From positions 18,042,001-18,106,000 of the forward strand of contig OZ116712.1 of the NCBI GenBank assembly GCA_964199315.1: a stretch of 64,000 bases of DNA, in the 5' to 3' direction. The translations under genes were made by a program, and so were the position numbers. This DNA comes from Orbicella franksi (taxonomy: Eukaryota). Positions 24,501-35,493 of this stretch are shown here, piece after piece; positions within the stretch are counted from its first letter, which is position 1, and each line of letters starts with the position of its first letter. The notes under the pieces were generated by a model, which worked only from the letters and a program-made list of their open reading frames with translations, made no database searches and was not told the origin of the DNA.

Positions 24501-25464
24501 GTCCTTGGGTCTTTAGATTAAACCGCGTCTGAACGTAACACTATTTTGTGCCACTGCCCAGGCACCAGTGCTTGGGCATCAAGTGTGAACTCAGCATTAG
24601 ATCTCAGGCGTGGGTTGTTCGAAAGGTGGATAACGCTATCAACCATATAACCAATATCCTGTGGATAGCGTGGTTTGTTTTTTCAGCACATATCCACTGG
24701 ATAGTGATTTATCCGGTGGATAGCGTTTTCCAGCCTTTGAACAACTCGAGAAAGAGAAAGAAGAAGTCCAGGTTCCTGGCTAGCGAGTGTAATAAGGCAG
24801 AGTTTTATATGTCCATGCATCTTTGTTTGTAAATACTCTTTTTATGCGGAGCTAGACTATCAGTAAGGGGTTTAGATGATTTGCATTACGAGTGACGTTT
24901 GGAAATTCTCACAAAATTCAGTGCTCCAGCCTTAAGGCGGGTGCCATTTGAAAGTATTCTCGGACTAAGAAGACGAGTGGTGCAAAGCTTCGATCGCTCG
25001 AGTTTTCATACGATTACACATTTATTTCATGAGTGAGGAAATTACGAATGCGCCTGTAGTAATTAGCTTTGGAATGCAAATTAAAAAGAATAATGATAAA
25101 TTATCCGGCCAGCTCTCAGCCAACCAGAGTGACGTAATTTACGGAATTACGGAAAACCGACCGTGTGGATACAGTCAACAGCAGTTTGATGCCAATATTG
25201 GGGAGGGGGGGGGGGGGAGGGGTTGGAGGGATAAATCAGGTTACCCTTTCCCCCACCCCCGGAGGCTAAGATTTGTTCGAACGTAACGTCACTAACTCGT
25301 GTTACCTTTATCGACCTCAAGTTGGCTAGAGTATTGACTTTTTCTGTCTTTCCTTTCTTCAGGGTATCAACTTTTACTTAGAAGTCAAAACCATCACAAG
25401 CCTTTGGAGAGACGAGGACGCCGAAGCTCTTAAGGCCCCGACAGCTTTCCCCACCATGAAATAA
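12501..25464 (+). CDS. ALDH6A1: Methylmalonate-semialdehyde dehydrogenase [acylating], mitochondrial; 529 aa, 18 exons
   Basis: Exons 12501-12551, 13586-13630, 14071-14145, 14459-14620, 15445-15523, 16471-16594, 17175-17205, 18085-18232, 18637-18701, 18788-18844, 19624-19683, 19986-20115, 21570-21667, 22065-22148, 22665-22739, 23071-23175, 24188-24286 and 25363-25464; all GT/AG, phases compatible, 1590 nt. Motifs: [42 protein letters not shown] (catalytic Cys at 20022-20024), [29 protein letters not shown]. The Arg/Ser-rich N-terminus resembles a mitochondrial transit peptide; exons 1-2 are the least certain. Confidence 0.95.
13809..13996. mobile_element. Hairpin MITE with ~80-bp inverted arms in ALDH6A1 intron 2
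   Basis: ccccttgcatgatccggtcaaatggtacaaaatcacacatgct...gggacttccaaaacaaaagc is mirrored by gctttgttttggaagtccc...agcatgtgtgattttgtaccatgtgaccagatcgtgcaaaggg. Confidence 0.8.
14706..15237. mobile_element. Tc1/mariner-like MITE with TA TSD
   Basis: ta-ccgtaaatcctcgaattagc on the left, gctatttcgaggatttcagg-ta on the right; internal aataagc-ccc repeats. Confidence 0.7.
16677..17003. mobile_element. MITE with 14-bp TIRs and internal TCGA(T/C)C-rich repeats
   Basis: ggatcatgtgtact ... agtacacatgatcc, a perfect inverted pair. Confidence 0.7.
20128..20488. mobile_element. Truncated Tc1/mariner-like MITE abutting a TTAA element
   Basis: tacagtcgaacctctccacaacggccacc on the left, partial inverse ggtggccggtgtagagaggtt on the right. 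Confidence 0.55.
20493..21043. mobile_element. Palindromic TTAA-flanked element rich in ATGTTGC/GCAACAT
   Basis: ttaa-gccccggccaaacgatcgcaacat on the left; atgttgcgatcgtttagccggagc (to 20986) and a second right-end copy to about 21043. Confidence 0.65.
20540..20692. mobile_element. 153-bp nested MITE with TAG-initiated TIRs and a 9-bp TSD
   Basis: tagcctgcgagcaggctca / tgagcctactcgtaggtta (3 mismatches); TGTTGCGCG duplicated at 20531-20539 and 20693-20701. Confidence 0.75.
23264..23552 (+). mobile_element. tRNA-derived SINE, near full length
   Basis: A-box-like tggttagtgc and B-box GGTTCGAGCC, followed by a body (gggcaagacactttactctcacagtgcctctctccacccaggtg...gggtaaccctgcgatggactagcatcc) found three times in the window. 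Confidence 0.8.
23559..23712 (+). mobile_element. Second partial SINE copy directly downstream (tandem dimer)
   Basis: Restarts at the B-box region gggtttgagccctggccagggacattgtg and repeats the body. Confidence 0.75.
24346..24596. mobile_element. PIF/Harbinger-like MITE with TTA TSD
   Basis: tta-ggctgtgttcacacttggtgccca ... tgggcatcaagtgtgaactcagca-tta. Confidence 0.65.
24603..24747. mobile_element. Short palindromic GGATA/TATCC-rich MITE
   Basis: gttgttcgaaaggtggataac ... gttttccagcctttgaacaac; a second copy lies at 62532-62679. Confidence 0.65.
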
Positions 25465-27704
25465 ACCGAGCGAGCATCATCAACATTTGCAAGAAATTCT
25501 TCTGATGGCATGAGAGCACGGAATATAACTGCCTTAACAAACTCGACGACCATAAACTGGGATTTGAAAAAAAAAATTAAGAGGAAAAACATTCCTGAGT
25601 GAAAACAATGTAGATTCGAACGAATAGCAGTTTTTTACTGGCTCGACGCCGCCATGAGGAGCGACCGTTAGCGATAATGGCGCGCGTGCTCCTAGGCTAA
25701 AACAGGGCTGAAAGCATGCCGCGCGGTCTTCACAGATTGTCAAGCTTGATTTTTAATGTTGATTCATCCTGATACTGCTATTTAAACAACTCTTCATGAA
25801 TGAAATGAATGCCGACCATAATAATCATCTAGTAATAAATATTTTTTTCCCACAGACGAATGACTTGTGTTGAGTTTGATCTGTTTCCAAGCTGTTTCCA
25901 TGTAATTCCTCCTATAGGCTAACCTCGATACCATGACCTTTTCATGGGAACGAGGTTGGCTGCGGAGTCCAACAAAACCGCCTGTTTTTTTTTCACTTCC
26001 TTGCATTCAAGAGAAAGTATAGGAATAGAAATGAAGGGATTTGATTATGCAATCGGCCTACCTACCATGCCAGGTGCAAGAGATATTTTAGAACGCAATG
26101 ACCAGCTGATGGCAAACCATGGGGGATGCTCGGGTATATATGATAATGCACGAAGGCGACCACCTTTCTAAGGTTGGAAATTTGGGATCTGAGGACTGAT
26201 CTTGCGGTTAGAGATTTTGTAGCGATTTTTTGGGTGAAAGATTTTGTTCAGGGTTTTTTTAGGTTTTCTCTCACTTTATATAGCAAGCAATTGTAATTTC
26301 ATCAGTTCGGCATTTATAGACGTCTCGGACAGATGCAAATTTAGGCCTCACGGAATGGTTTGCAGTACATCAGCAGGAAAAAATTTATGACATGCGCAGT
26401 TGAACCGTTTCTCGGAAACACTTGCTCCAGTCAAATTATTGTAAACTTTTTGGCTGAATATCGTCTTCCGACGCGAAGTTTTTGGCCCATAGACGTGCTA
26501 AGAAGGAAGAATGGGACACGGCTGAAAGTTCTACCGTTTTAATTTTTTCTCTTTCGTCGCGTAAGTGGCAGAAATACGTATTTTTTTACTTTTTTGCCGT
26601 CCTCAGCGGGCAGAGGCGGTGATGTCGAAAAACCGAAACGGTGAAATTGGAGATTTGCCTTCTAGTTTCCTGGATAATGAAGGTCTGGAGGCCTAGACTG
26701 ATTGCTCTTGAAGTTATTTCAACTTTTTCCCCGCGCGTCCAAGATATTGTAGTGAAATAAATATTGAATGCACTAAGCGCACGGAGACAGCTTGGGAGAT
26801 GTTAAATTCGAGGCTACGAGAGGTGAGTTCACGCTCCATTCTTTCAGGTAAATGCAAATAGTTACCCCCTGCTAGTATTGATTAGTAAGCCACAACAACT
26901 GTTTGGTATTCCAGTAATGATTTTTTCCAGCATAATAGGCACTTTCATTTTTAATGTTCTGAATAAAGGTGGTCTTGTTTAGACATCCCGCTGTTGATAA
27001 CATTTTCATATTTTGGGAGGGAATAAAATTATTCAGTCTGTTGTGCGTTTTATCAGTTACATCAGGTTTTAATAAACACTGCTCTGCTTTACATTCCACT
27101 ATATTAGGCTACTTTCGATTCCTTTCTACCTTGTTTTTTCTCTCATGCAACATGGTACCTCATGTACATTAGTACACTGCTTTATGTTATTTTATCTTAT
27201 ACAAGCTACACTCTTGTGTAATTTTAAGCAAACTTTACGTTAAAAATTACCAATACTTACATTTTTACTGTGAAAATTATGCGGCTTACTTATCATGCTA
27301 GTTTTAAACAACTGCCCCATATGAATGATAATGAAAAACAATTATGTATGTTCAAATCCATTGTAAACTGCCGACTGTACAACTTTACAGCAATCATGCA
27401 TTATAATCACTCAGAAGTATTTTTATATTCACATTCACTGTAAACTGCTGACTGTACAACTCTACAGTAATCATGCATTACATTATAATCACTCAGAAGT
27501 ATTTTGATATTTATGATCACTATTATTTACACTGCAACAATTTGTATTTTACAAATGGGTAAGACTCCCCACAAACTAATTACTTTATCTGAATCTCAGA
27601 TAGAACATAGTTGAAGTGCATTTGTTTAGTATGAAATTGTTACAATTGAAAATAATCTTTTTGTGAAAGTACCTTTTTAGAAAGAGCCACCCCATATTTG
27701 ACTT

Positions 27705-30700
27705 TCATTCTTCTTGTATAGGAAACTGGGTGGTATGCATGTCCAATGTGGATGGAAGATCAATGTTCAAAGACTGTACAATGTTTGGCAGGTTTTGTAC
27801 GAAGAACTGGCATTCTCTTGGTAAGTCATGTGTTGAAAGTTCCTGTCCATAACCCCATACCTCAATAGCTGCAAGTTGCATTAGAGATGGAACCTTTCCA
27901 GCTGTTCTGAATTCTGTAATGACAGTTGGCCGGAATGACCTCTGGTTTTCCAATTGTGATGTGCCTTTGGTGGAAGCTTTCCACTGCAGTTCAAGTTTGC
28001 GGCCTTCAGCTTTGAGGGACTGGATCATGCTTGAGGTGTTGCTATTTAGTTTCCTTGCTTCCCAAGCTTTGGGATATACATCTTTTGCAGTCAGTGGCCC
28101 ATGGTTTTCACATTTTCGGATCATATTTAACTTCTTTCTTGCCTCTTGCAAAAGGTCTGAGGTCAGCATGTTTGCATATGCCTTCATTCTCTCTTCATGT
28201 ACTTCTCTTGCTGCTTCAGTGGTGTGGTTGTTGTTTTTTCCACTGTGAAGTATGTTCTCAACAAATGTTATCAAGGCTTGTTTTGACAGCTCTGACATGT
28301 TGTTTTGAAGATAAAGTTGTGAAAGGTTGAACTGCCTTTCAGCAATTACATTGTTCACAGGAATACTGAAAATGTGTTTGGCATAGAACTCGAAAAGGTG
28401 GGGGTTAGCTTCTTTACTGATGAGACTACTCTGTGGTGATGTTGCAACTCTTTTGATATCATTCAGTAGTTTTGGTTCCTTCAAGTTCCAGATTTCTGCC
28501 CATTTAACTAAACCAGTTCTGTCCTTACAAACCAATGTGTGAAGATTTTGTCCATGGACATAGAAATTTTGCACTGACCTGCTTTCTTTTTCTCTTTCAG
28601 TTGACAGCATGACAGGAATTTCAAGAGCCTTCAAAACAGAATACCAGAAAGAACTTTGGTATCTTGGATCAGCTCCAATTCCAAATAACTTGGGGAAGGA
28701 CAACCACTCTGATCCATGGTCTTTAACAACTTTAAGTGCTTCTTGCAACATTGGCCTCTGCACTTCCTGACGAAAGTGGTTGATGGCTGCAGGATCCTTC
28801 AGTGACATCTTCATCTGCTGCTCAGTTAAAGGAAAATATGCTGATGGAGACATCAACATTTTACTTAATGTTTCATGATGTTTAAGGACAGTTGCTGGCC
28901 ATAATCGTGCCAGGTATCCACTGGAGAAGCCAAGTTCTTGATCTGTTGCTTGTGATGCATTGAGAGATGGAATAAGAAACTTGTCAAGAAACTCATACAA
29001 AAACTTAATTTCCACTTGAATCATTGGACAGGAGCTCAACTTGATAACATTCTGCCACACTGTGTAGTGGCTGTCTGACTTTGGCATTCTTTCCAGGACA
29101 CTCTCTCCAAGTTGTAGACAGGCTTTACCATACTTCAAGTGCCATTGAAGTGTCTCATAATAGTATGTCCACCTCGTGTCAATAAAGGACTGGGGAAGGG
29201 GTGGCTCTTTACTTAAGATTCCTAGTGATACATACATTGATTTGTACTGACTTGGGCGTTCATGATGAAGCCAAGATACCTTATAAAGTAGTTGCAATAC
29301 ATGGTTGTTATTCATGTCACCCTTGGCCCCAAACCCAGCTTGGCACATCCTTCTTAACATAATGTTCAGGACGTGGGGGTAACATCCAACAAAGAACATG
29401 TCCTTTTCAAAAACCCTTGAATTATTTGCTATTAAACCATTAGCCTTCCCCTTCTGGGTTGAGGCATTATCCCCAACCAAACCTGAAACATTAGTTATGC
29501 CATATTCATCATGAACAACATGATATTCTACATCAGACTGGTGTTTTCCTGACCCACTCGCTGTCAAACTGTTACCAAGGACATATGCCCTGGGTTCATT
29601 GATCTCTGGGCACCAGGTGTGGACACCTACAATGTGCCGCTCTTCGCCACCTTTGTTGGAGTCATCACTCCATACATGGAAATCATATTGGCTACTTGCA
29701 AATCTTTTGCGTAATATCAGTTTATCGGCCTCCCCTAATAGGATATTCCAGTCTGCCAGTGTGGATGGCGAGACAACAACATTTGTTGGGGGGCTACAGT
29801 TGAATAAAATACTGAAAATTAGATGTAATGCAATGGGTGTCTTTTGGCTAGAAAGCAAACATGCATGCTGTAAATATCTCATGCAGGCCATAAACATGAC
29901 TGTTCTACGATTTGTTCCATTTTTGCCATGAGAAAATGTGTCCACAAGGGAATACCTAGGTTTCTTTACATTTTCATCATTTTCCTTTAATTGTCTTTTC
30001 AGCTTTGTGGAAGCAGATTTTGTCCCTCGTAGTTTGTTACCGACTTGTTTCGTTTTCAATTCAGTAGACTTCAAAGTTCTTTCACGCTTCTTTGCTTCAC
30101 TTTGTAACTTCAAGACATCTTTCCTTAGGTCATTGTTAATTCTTCTCAAAAATACTGTAAATATGAAAATGATAAATAGGGCCTTACAAGTTTTACTTGT
30201 ATTTTGTTTTTTTTTTTAAACAATAAATTTAAGGATAGAAAAACTTAAGTATACAGTGTACTTGTGTGGATTTCTGAAAGTTACTGTTTCCTCGGCGGTC
30301 CGCTTATATCGAGTCGAGATGTTGACTTGCGAATTTACAAAACGAAAGGCAGACAAACCCTTTGGGGAAAAATTGCATTCTCACAAAATTTACGACTAGA
30401 CTAAAATTTGTCGGTCGCTTTTGGTTAAAAGGCTGTTAACATGAACCTACGAAAGTACCTGAAGTACTGGCGTAATACACGAAAGCCGGCCGGCCACAGA
30501 AAATTAAAAATAACCTAAATATCTATCTAATTTTGAACATTTTGCAATGGTTCGAGCAAGCAGACTTTTTTAAAAGAGCATTTAGCTGCGATTCAAATCT
30601 TGTTTACTGCGTACCCAGCTATGAAGGAGCCCTTTTTTTGCGAAGCGGTGATATCCAGTCCAGAGTATGTTATTAAATTTTTGTCTGCTTCGGAACTCGG

Positions 30701-31279
30701 TGTCCAACTCGATCGCCAAAATCGCCGCTTCAAGTTTGGTATTTTGACACAGCCGTGTCCTATGTGACCATACCATTTAGTTTGCTTCATTTTACAAACT
30801 TTTTAAAACTATTTTCGTTTTAAGTATTCCTTGACCCCTTGTAGTGGTAATATATTATTACGTTAAATAAGTTTGAGTTTAAAAAATTTAGTGACAACAT
30901 CGAAACTCGCATTAATTGACATCGCCACGAATTTTTAATGTATTTGTGGGAAAGCAGCTTTTACTGGTAATTCAGAAGCTTTAAGAAACACTTTTTAGGA
31001 GATTTATAGACGGCTTGATGACTACTTGAGCAGACACCTACCTATACTTCGTCGTAGAGTTTGTATTGTCCTCTTCAGGCCGGCACTTTCACACTGTAGG
31101 CGTTTACAGTCTCGCTCGAGTTTGTCGATTTTTTCCTCGCTCGACAGGTTTTTCAATTCTACTCGGACACTGCTTGCAGCTATTTTTTTCACGTTTTCAT
31201 CGGTAATTTCTTTCTTCTTCTTTACTGACGGTTGATTTAACCGGGAAAAATGACTGCCGTGAACTCTTTTTCGTCCCAT
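27705..31279 (-). CDS. hAT-like DDE transposase, ~895 aa, 2 exons
   Basis: Exon 1 31279-31042 (MGRKRVHG..., donor G|GTAGGT, phase 1) joins exon 2 30154-27705 (acceptor atttacag, phase 1) in frame. The uninterrupted ORF has WSDDS (first Asp), VGDNAS (second Asp), CYPH (CxxH), DTRW and NVIAERQF (Glu). Exon 2 is well supported; the exon 1 link is inferred. Confidence 0.8.
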
Positions 31280-31446
31280 CTGCTCGACATTTTGTTGCAA
31301 TTTTAAAATAATTTGCTTGAGTGAGCTTGAATGTAAACATCAGCGAGTTGAGCCCGCGTATCCCTACGAACAGCAGTTTCCCAAAAAAAAGTACTCTGCG
31401 CATGTCACAAAAAATTGGGCATCAGCGGTCCAAGGGGTAGGATACC

Positions 31447-31646
31447 NNNNNNNNNNNNNNNNNNNNNNNNNNNNNNNNNNNNNNNNNNNNNNNNNNNNNN
31501 NNNNNNNNNNNNNNNNNNNNNNNNNNNNNNNNNNNNNNNNNNNNNNNNNNNNNNNNNNNNNNNNNNNNNNNNNNNNNNNNNNNNNNNNNNNNNNNNNNNN
31601 NNNNNNNNNNNNNNNNNNNNNNNNNNNNNNNNNNNNNNNNNNNNNN
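31447..31646. other. Assembly gap (200 N)
   Basis: Run of exactly 200 N. Confidence 1.
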
Positions 31647-32471
31647 GTTCCGTGAGGCCTAAAATTACATGCAAATGACAATGAGAATTCCTGTTTTAGC
31701 GGAAGGAACTCTCCTCTTGATGCTTCGGACTTTTGGACTCTTGGGGTTACGTTCTGGGTTTTTGGATTTTTTGGGTCTGATGGAACCTTTTTGGGGTCCC
31801 ACAATGTGATCTCCCCGTTACTATGGTATCCGAGTACCCCTAACGCCTCTTCCACCCCTTTCCCCCAACCGCCTTCCCTAGGATGGTGAAGCTCCAGCTT
31901 CTTGAGTACAACACTCGCGTTGTTAAAAGCCTTTTTCAAATTTCCATTATCTTGGTCTTTTAAGTGTCTACTTTACCCGCAGACGCGAGCAAGCTAATGC
32001 ATTTTCTGTATCTTACAGCGCGTATGTCTGGAAGTGATAGCACGTCAAGCTGTCTACTTTTGCGTGAAAATAAATGCGTGGTTTATTTTATACGTGCGTA
32101 AATTCGCGAAATAACCTGAAGCGTTATTATGCGTGGGTTATAATTGTTGTCTAAGTGTTTCATCTGCTTGCATCTGAGGGAAAAAGCCGAGTCACGTCCT
32201 GGAAAGCGAAACGTAATCTTCTCTATTTTATCTTCGGCGCAGTCTTCGGCATGGACTCGCAAAGACTCCGGGCGACTCGGTAAATGTTTCGTCATTCGGA
32301 AAAAAGTGCGAAGCCTGGGAACGAGACCGATGGCAACAAAATAACCATCGAGACAAGTTCGGCTGCAACAGATGTTTGTCTACGTTCGGAAATTCTCTCA
32401 CAAGTTCAGTTTCAAACTCGTAAACTAACATGTTTTGATGCATGCGGAACGTTTAGTGTCATAGGGGAATA

Positions 32472-35400
32472 ATGGCTGAAGGTGGTAGTCGGCCTTGGTC
32501 GCGCCATCGAAACCGCCGCCGACAAAACGACAGAGAAGGAAGGGAAAATGAAGAGATTGACCGAGATCTGCTCAGAGTTGTTCTTAGCGATTCTGAAGAC
32601 TTCGTTCCTGAGGACGTAAAAAGCACATCGTCTGTTGCCTGTAGCTGTGCTTCAGATTTTCAAGAGGAGCAAACTGGCTGTAATTCGTCTAACGTGAAAA
32701 GCTGTCCGAACTTGAGCGATTTGGATCCCGAGATTCGTTCTCGCAGCTTTCGTTGGTTAGTCAGGCAAGTTAGTCGTCGGAAAAGTGCCAAGGAGTCTGG
32801 AAAACGTCCCTCTGATAAGAATCGTAGAAGTGACCGGGACAAGAATGGCCTTAGCTACCATGCTCGATGCCTACAAGAAGCGAAACGAGTCAGGCGAGCG
32901 GCCGAGTTGGAAGCTATCAACCGCAGGACGAGACCACAGCAAGCTCGGCGAAGAAGGCCCCTGAGTTTGCTTAACTTCAGGTCCGGAAACGATGAACGAG
33001 GAGTGCAGGATGCGGGAAGAAAGAGATTTTCGTTCTCTTGGGGGTTTCGACAGGACGATTCAACCACCCAAGTTGATGAACGTCGCGATCGAGCCAACAC
33101 AGTGCCCCCAAGACCGCTGTCACCAACACCACCGTCAGATGACTCTCCAACTGACGATGGAAGAACGAACGCGATGAGCTTCGATGACTTTGAGAGAAAA
33201 AGAAGAGAAAAGGCTCGTTTGAAAGCAGCGCAACATAAACTGGAGTATTTCCTCATCAGCGACATCGTTTCCATCACAAATTGCCCGTGGTATTGGGGGA
33301 AAATTAATAGGTTTGAAGCGGAAAAGGTGAGAGCTTTGTAACTTTTAACTTCATTAACCCGAATGATACAAGATGTTGGTAAAATTTCATTATTGTCATT
33401 GTCAAAAGTGCGGGAAGGTGTTACGCTTTTGTTTGGTTAGAAAGAAAGGTTAACAGTGGTATTTCATTTTCATTAGTTTTTGCGATTCATATCATACAAA
33501 CTGGATAGTTTAGAGAACGTATTTTTTAATATACGTGGGCCATGCAGTAAAAACACAGTAGCTACGAATAAGAAAGGTTATGCTCGAAAATAAATTGATT
33601 GTAAAAGGGCAAAACATTTAAATTAGGTGAAAAATTGATGAGATGTTTAGCTGTTTTAGAAGCAGTTATCCTATTGTTAAAATGCCCCGGAAAAAAGACC
33701 AAGTCGTGAGATGTCAATTGGCACCTGCTTTGTCTCCAAAACCTGACACTTTCTAAAACGCATATTTTTATGAGTAATTTTGTCAATAGATTGTTACTAA
33801 TGCATTGATCAAATTTCTCAGATGTCACGACAATTAATTATAGGAGGTTCGGTTTCATGAAGCAGCAAGAATTTATAGAAAAAGAAAACTACTTACAGAC
33901 TTTTGTTATATATCATTATATGTATGTCAAGCTGGTAGGCAGCAAATAAAATTTGGAAGCACTTCAAGAATGACATATATGGACAGCTTAATTTGTGGAC
34001 ACTGCCTGCAACAGTCAGGGAATTTTGGTCTAACTGCAAATGCAAACATTATACCATGAAAATTTTGCATAAGTATTTAATCACTAATTCTGATCTAAAA
34101 TGAGTTCTTGTACATTTTGTGAACTGTTTTTCAATATGTAATTTTGCTTCAAAGCTTTTCTGCATACATCTCAGAGAATGATAAAATAATGCAAGTGGCT
34201 TTCTCAGGCCTAGGTGTTAAGGAAACTATATACGCCTACGTTAAGAACTCTGTCAGTTTACAAATTACTTAGTTTTTCCACGCCTAATGTTTGGACTTAA
34301 TTTCATGTTTTGACCACAAGAAAGTTTAAAAAGACAGTTTGAATTGCCTTATAGTCTTATCAGTAAAATTCATAATTCCGATTGGTTCATCTTACATCTG
34401 GGTTGTCACCTAGTTGAAAAATATCAGCATAGGTGTTTGGTTATTGTGAGTATGCATGTATTTCTCTTTTTGTTTTTCTAAACCAAAAAAAGTTGCAATT
34501 CTGAAAAAAGTTTCAACAAATGTCTTGCATTATCCTATTTTTGAGCCAGTCAGTGATAAATTTCACTAGGACTTTGCACCTCTAGATATTTGAACACAGC
34601 TGTTTCAAGAAATATTGTCAGATTCAAGCATCAAGCTTATGTGACAAGACCAAACAATCAAAAAACTATTGACTAGGTCATATATTTTACGCATGCACTT
34701 TGTTTTGACTTCCAAGAGATCGTTTGTTTTGTACATTTTTGCAGGACTTCAGGGTTTTGCCGCAGGTTTAGCAGAAATAGCATGTTTAAAGTAAAAACAA
34801 GGACAGAAAACAAGTTTTTATTGCTGCTTTATGTCATCAATATTTTATTAGCACATATATTGCTTTTCATAATATTTTTCTTCTAATCCACCTTTTTCTC
34901 ATTACAAGTGGGCTTAGTGCTTTCATCTAGAAATTTTCACTGCAATGAGTGTTAATATGCAAGCTTTTGCAAGAATAAAACCAGATGGACTGTTTGATAA
35001 ATTGAACAATTATTTATTTTTACCTCAGATACTGGAAGGCTTTCCTGATGGAACATTCCTGTTACGTGACAGTGCGCAATACCACTATCTGTTCTCAGTG
35101 AGTTTTCGTAGATACTCCCGAACATACCATGCAAGGATTGAACAGTGGAAGCACAGATACAGCTTCGACAAACCAAGTGACTATTCATTCTGTTCAAAAA
35201 GTGTTTGTCAGTTGTTACAGCATTACTCTCGTGCAGAGCAATGCATGTATTATGAACCTCTGCTGTTGAAGCCGCTACACCGAAGCAATCCAGTGTCCCT
35301 ACAGGATCTCTGTCGCGCAACAATCTGTAGTCAGACAACTTTTCAAGGAGTCAGCGACCTTCCTGTACCGAATTCTATGAAGATTTTCTTGAGAGAGTTT

Positions 35401-35493
35401 CATTACAAAGTTCCAGTGAAGAGAACTGAAGAGAAAGGTACTCAAACACCAGCACCACGAAAGAGATTCAGTTTTTCATTCCACAGAGACTAG
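32472..35493 (+). CDS. SOCS4/5: Suppressor of cytokine signaling 4/5-like (SH2 + SOCS box), 439 aa, 2 exons
   Basis: Exon 1 32472-33326 (AAG|GTGAGA) and exon 2 35029-35493 (cctcag|ATA), phase 0. SH2: [53 protein letters not shown], the SOCS4/5-type pattern. SOCS box: SLQDLCRATI...LPVPNSMKIFLREFHYK. Confidence 0.92.

Larger units (their letters stand above)
26342..31661 (-). mobile_element. Putative autonomous hAT-like DNA transposon, ~5.3 kb (includes a 200-N gap)
   Basis: Perfect 14-bp TIR TAGGCCTCACGGAA (26342-26355) / TTCCGTGAGGCCTA (31648-31661); AAATT on both outer flanks (26337-26341, 31662-31666); subterminal inverted pair tgacatgcgcag (26388-26399) / ctgcgcatgtca (31396-31407); encloses a transposase gene. 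Confidence 0.8.

Noticed and set aside
30582-30790. Two short minus-strand ORFs inside the transposase intron
   Set aside because: No clear acceptor or donor and no recognisable motif; exon 1 already joins exon 2 in frame without them.
31317-31939. ORFs containing long X runs (also 60554-61008)
   Set aside because: Artefacts of reading through N gaps.
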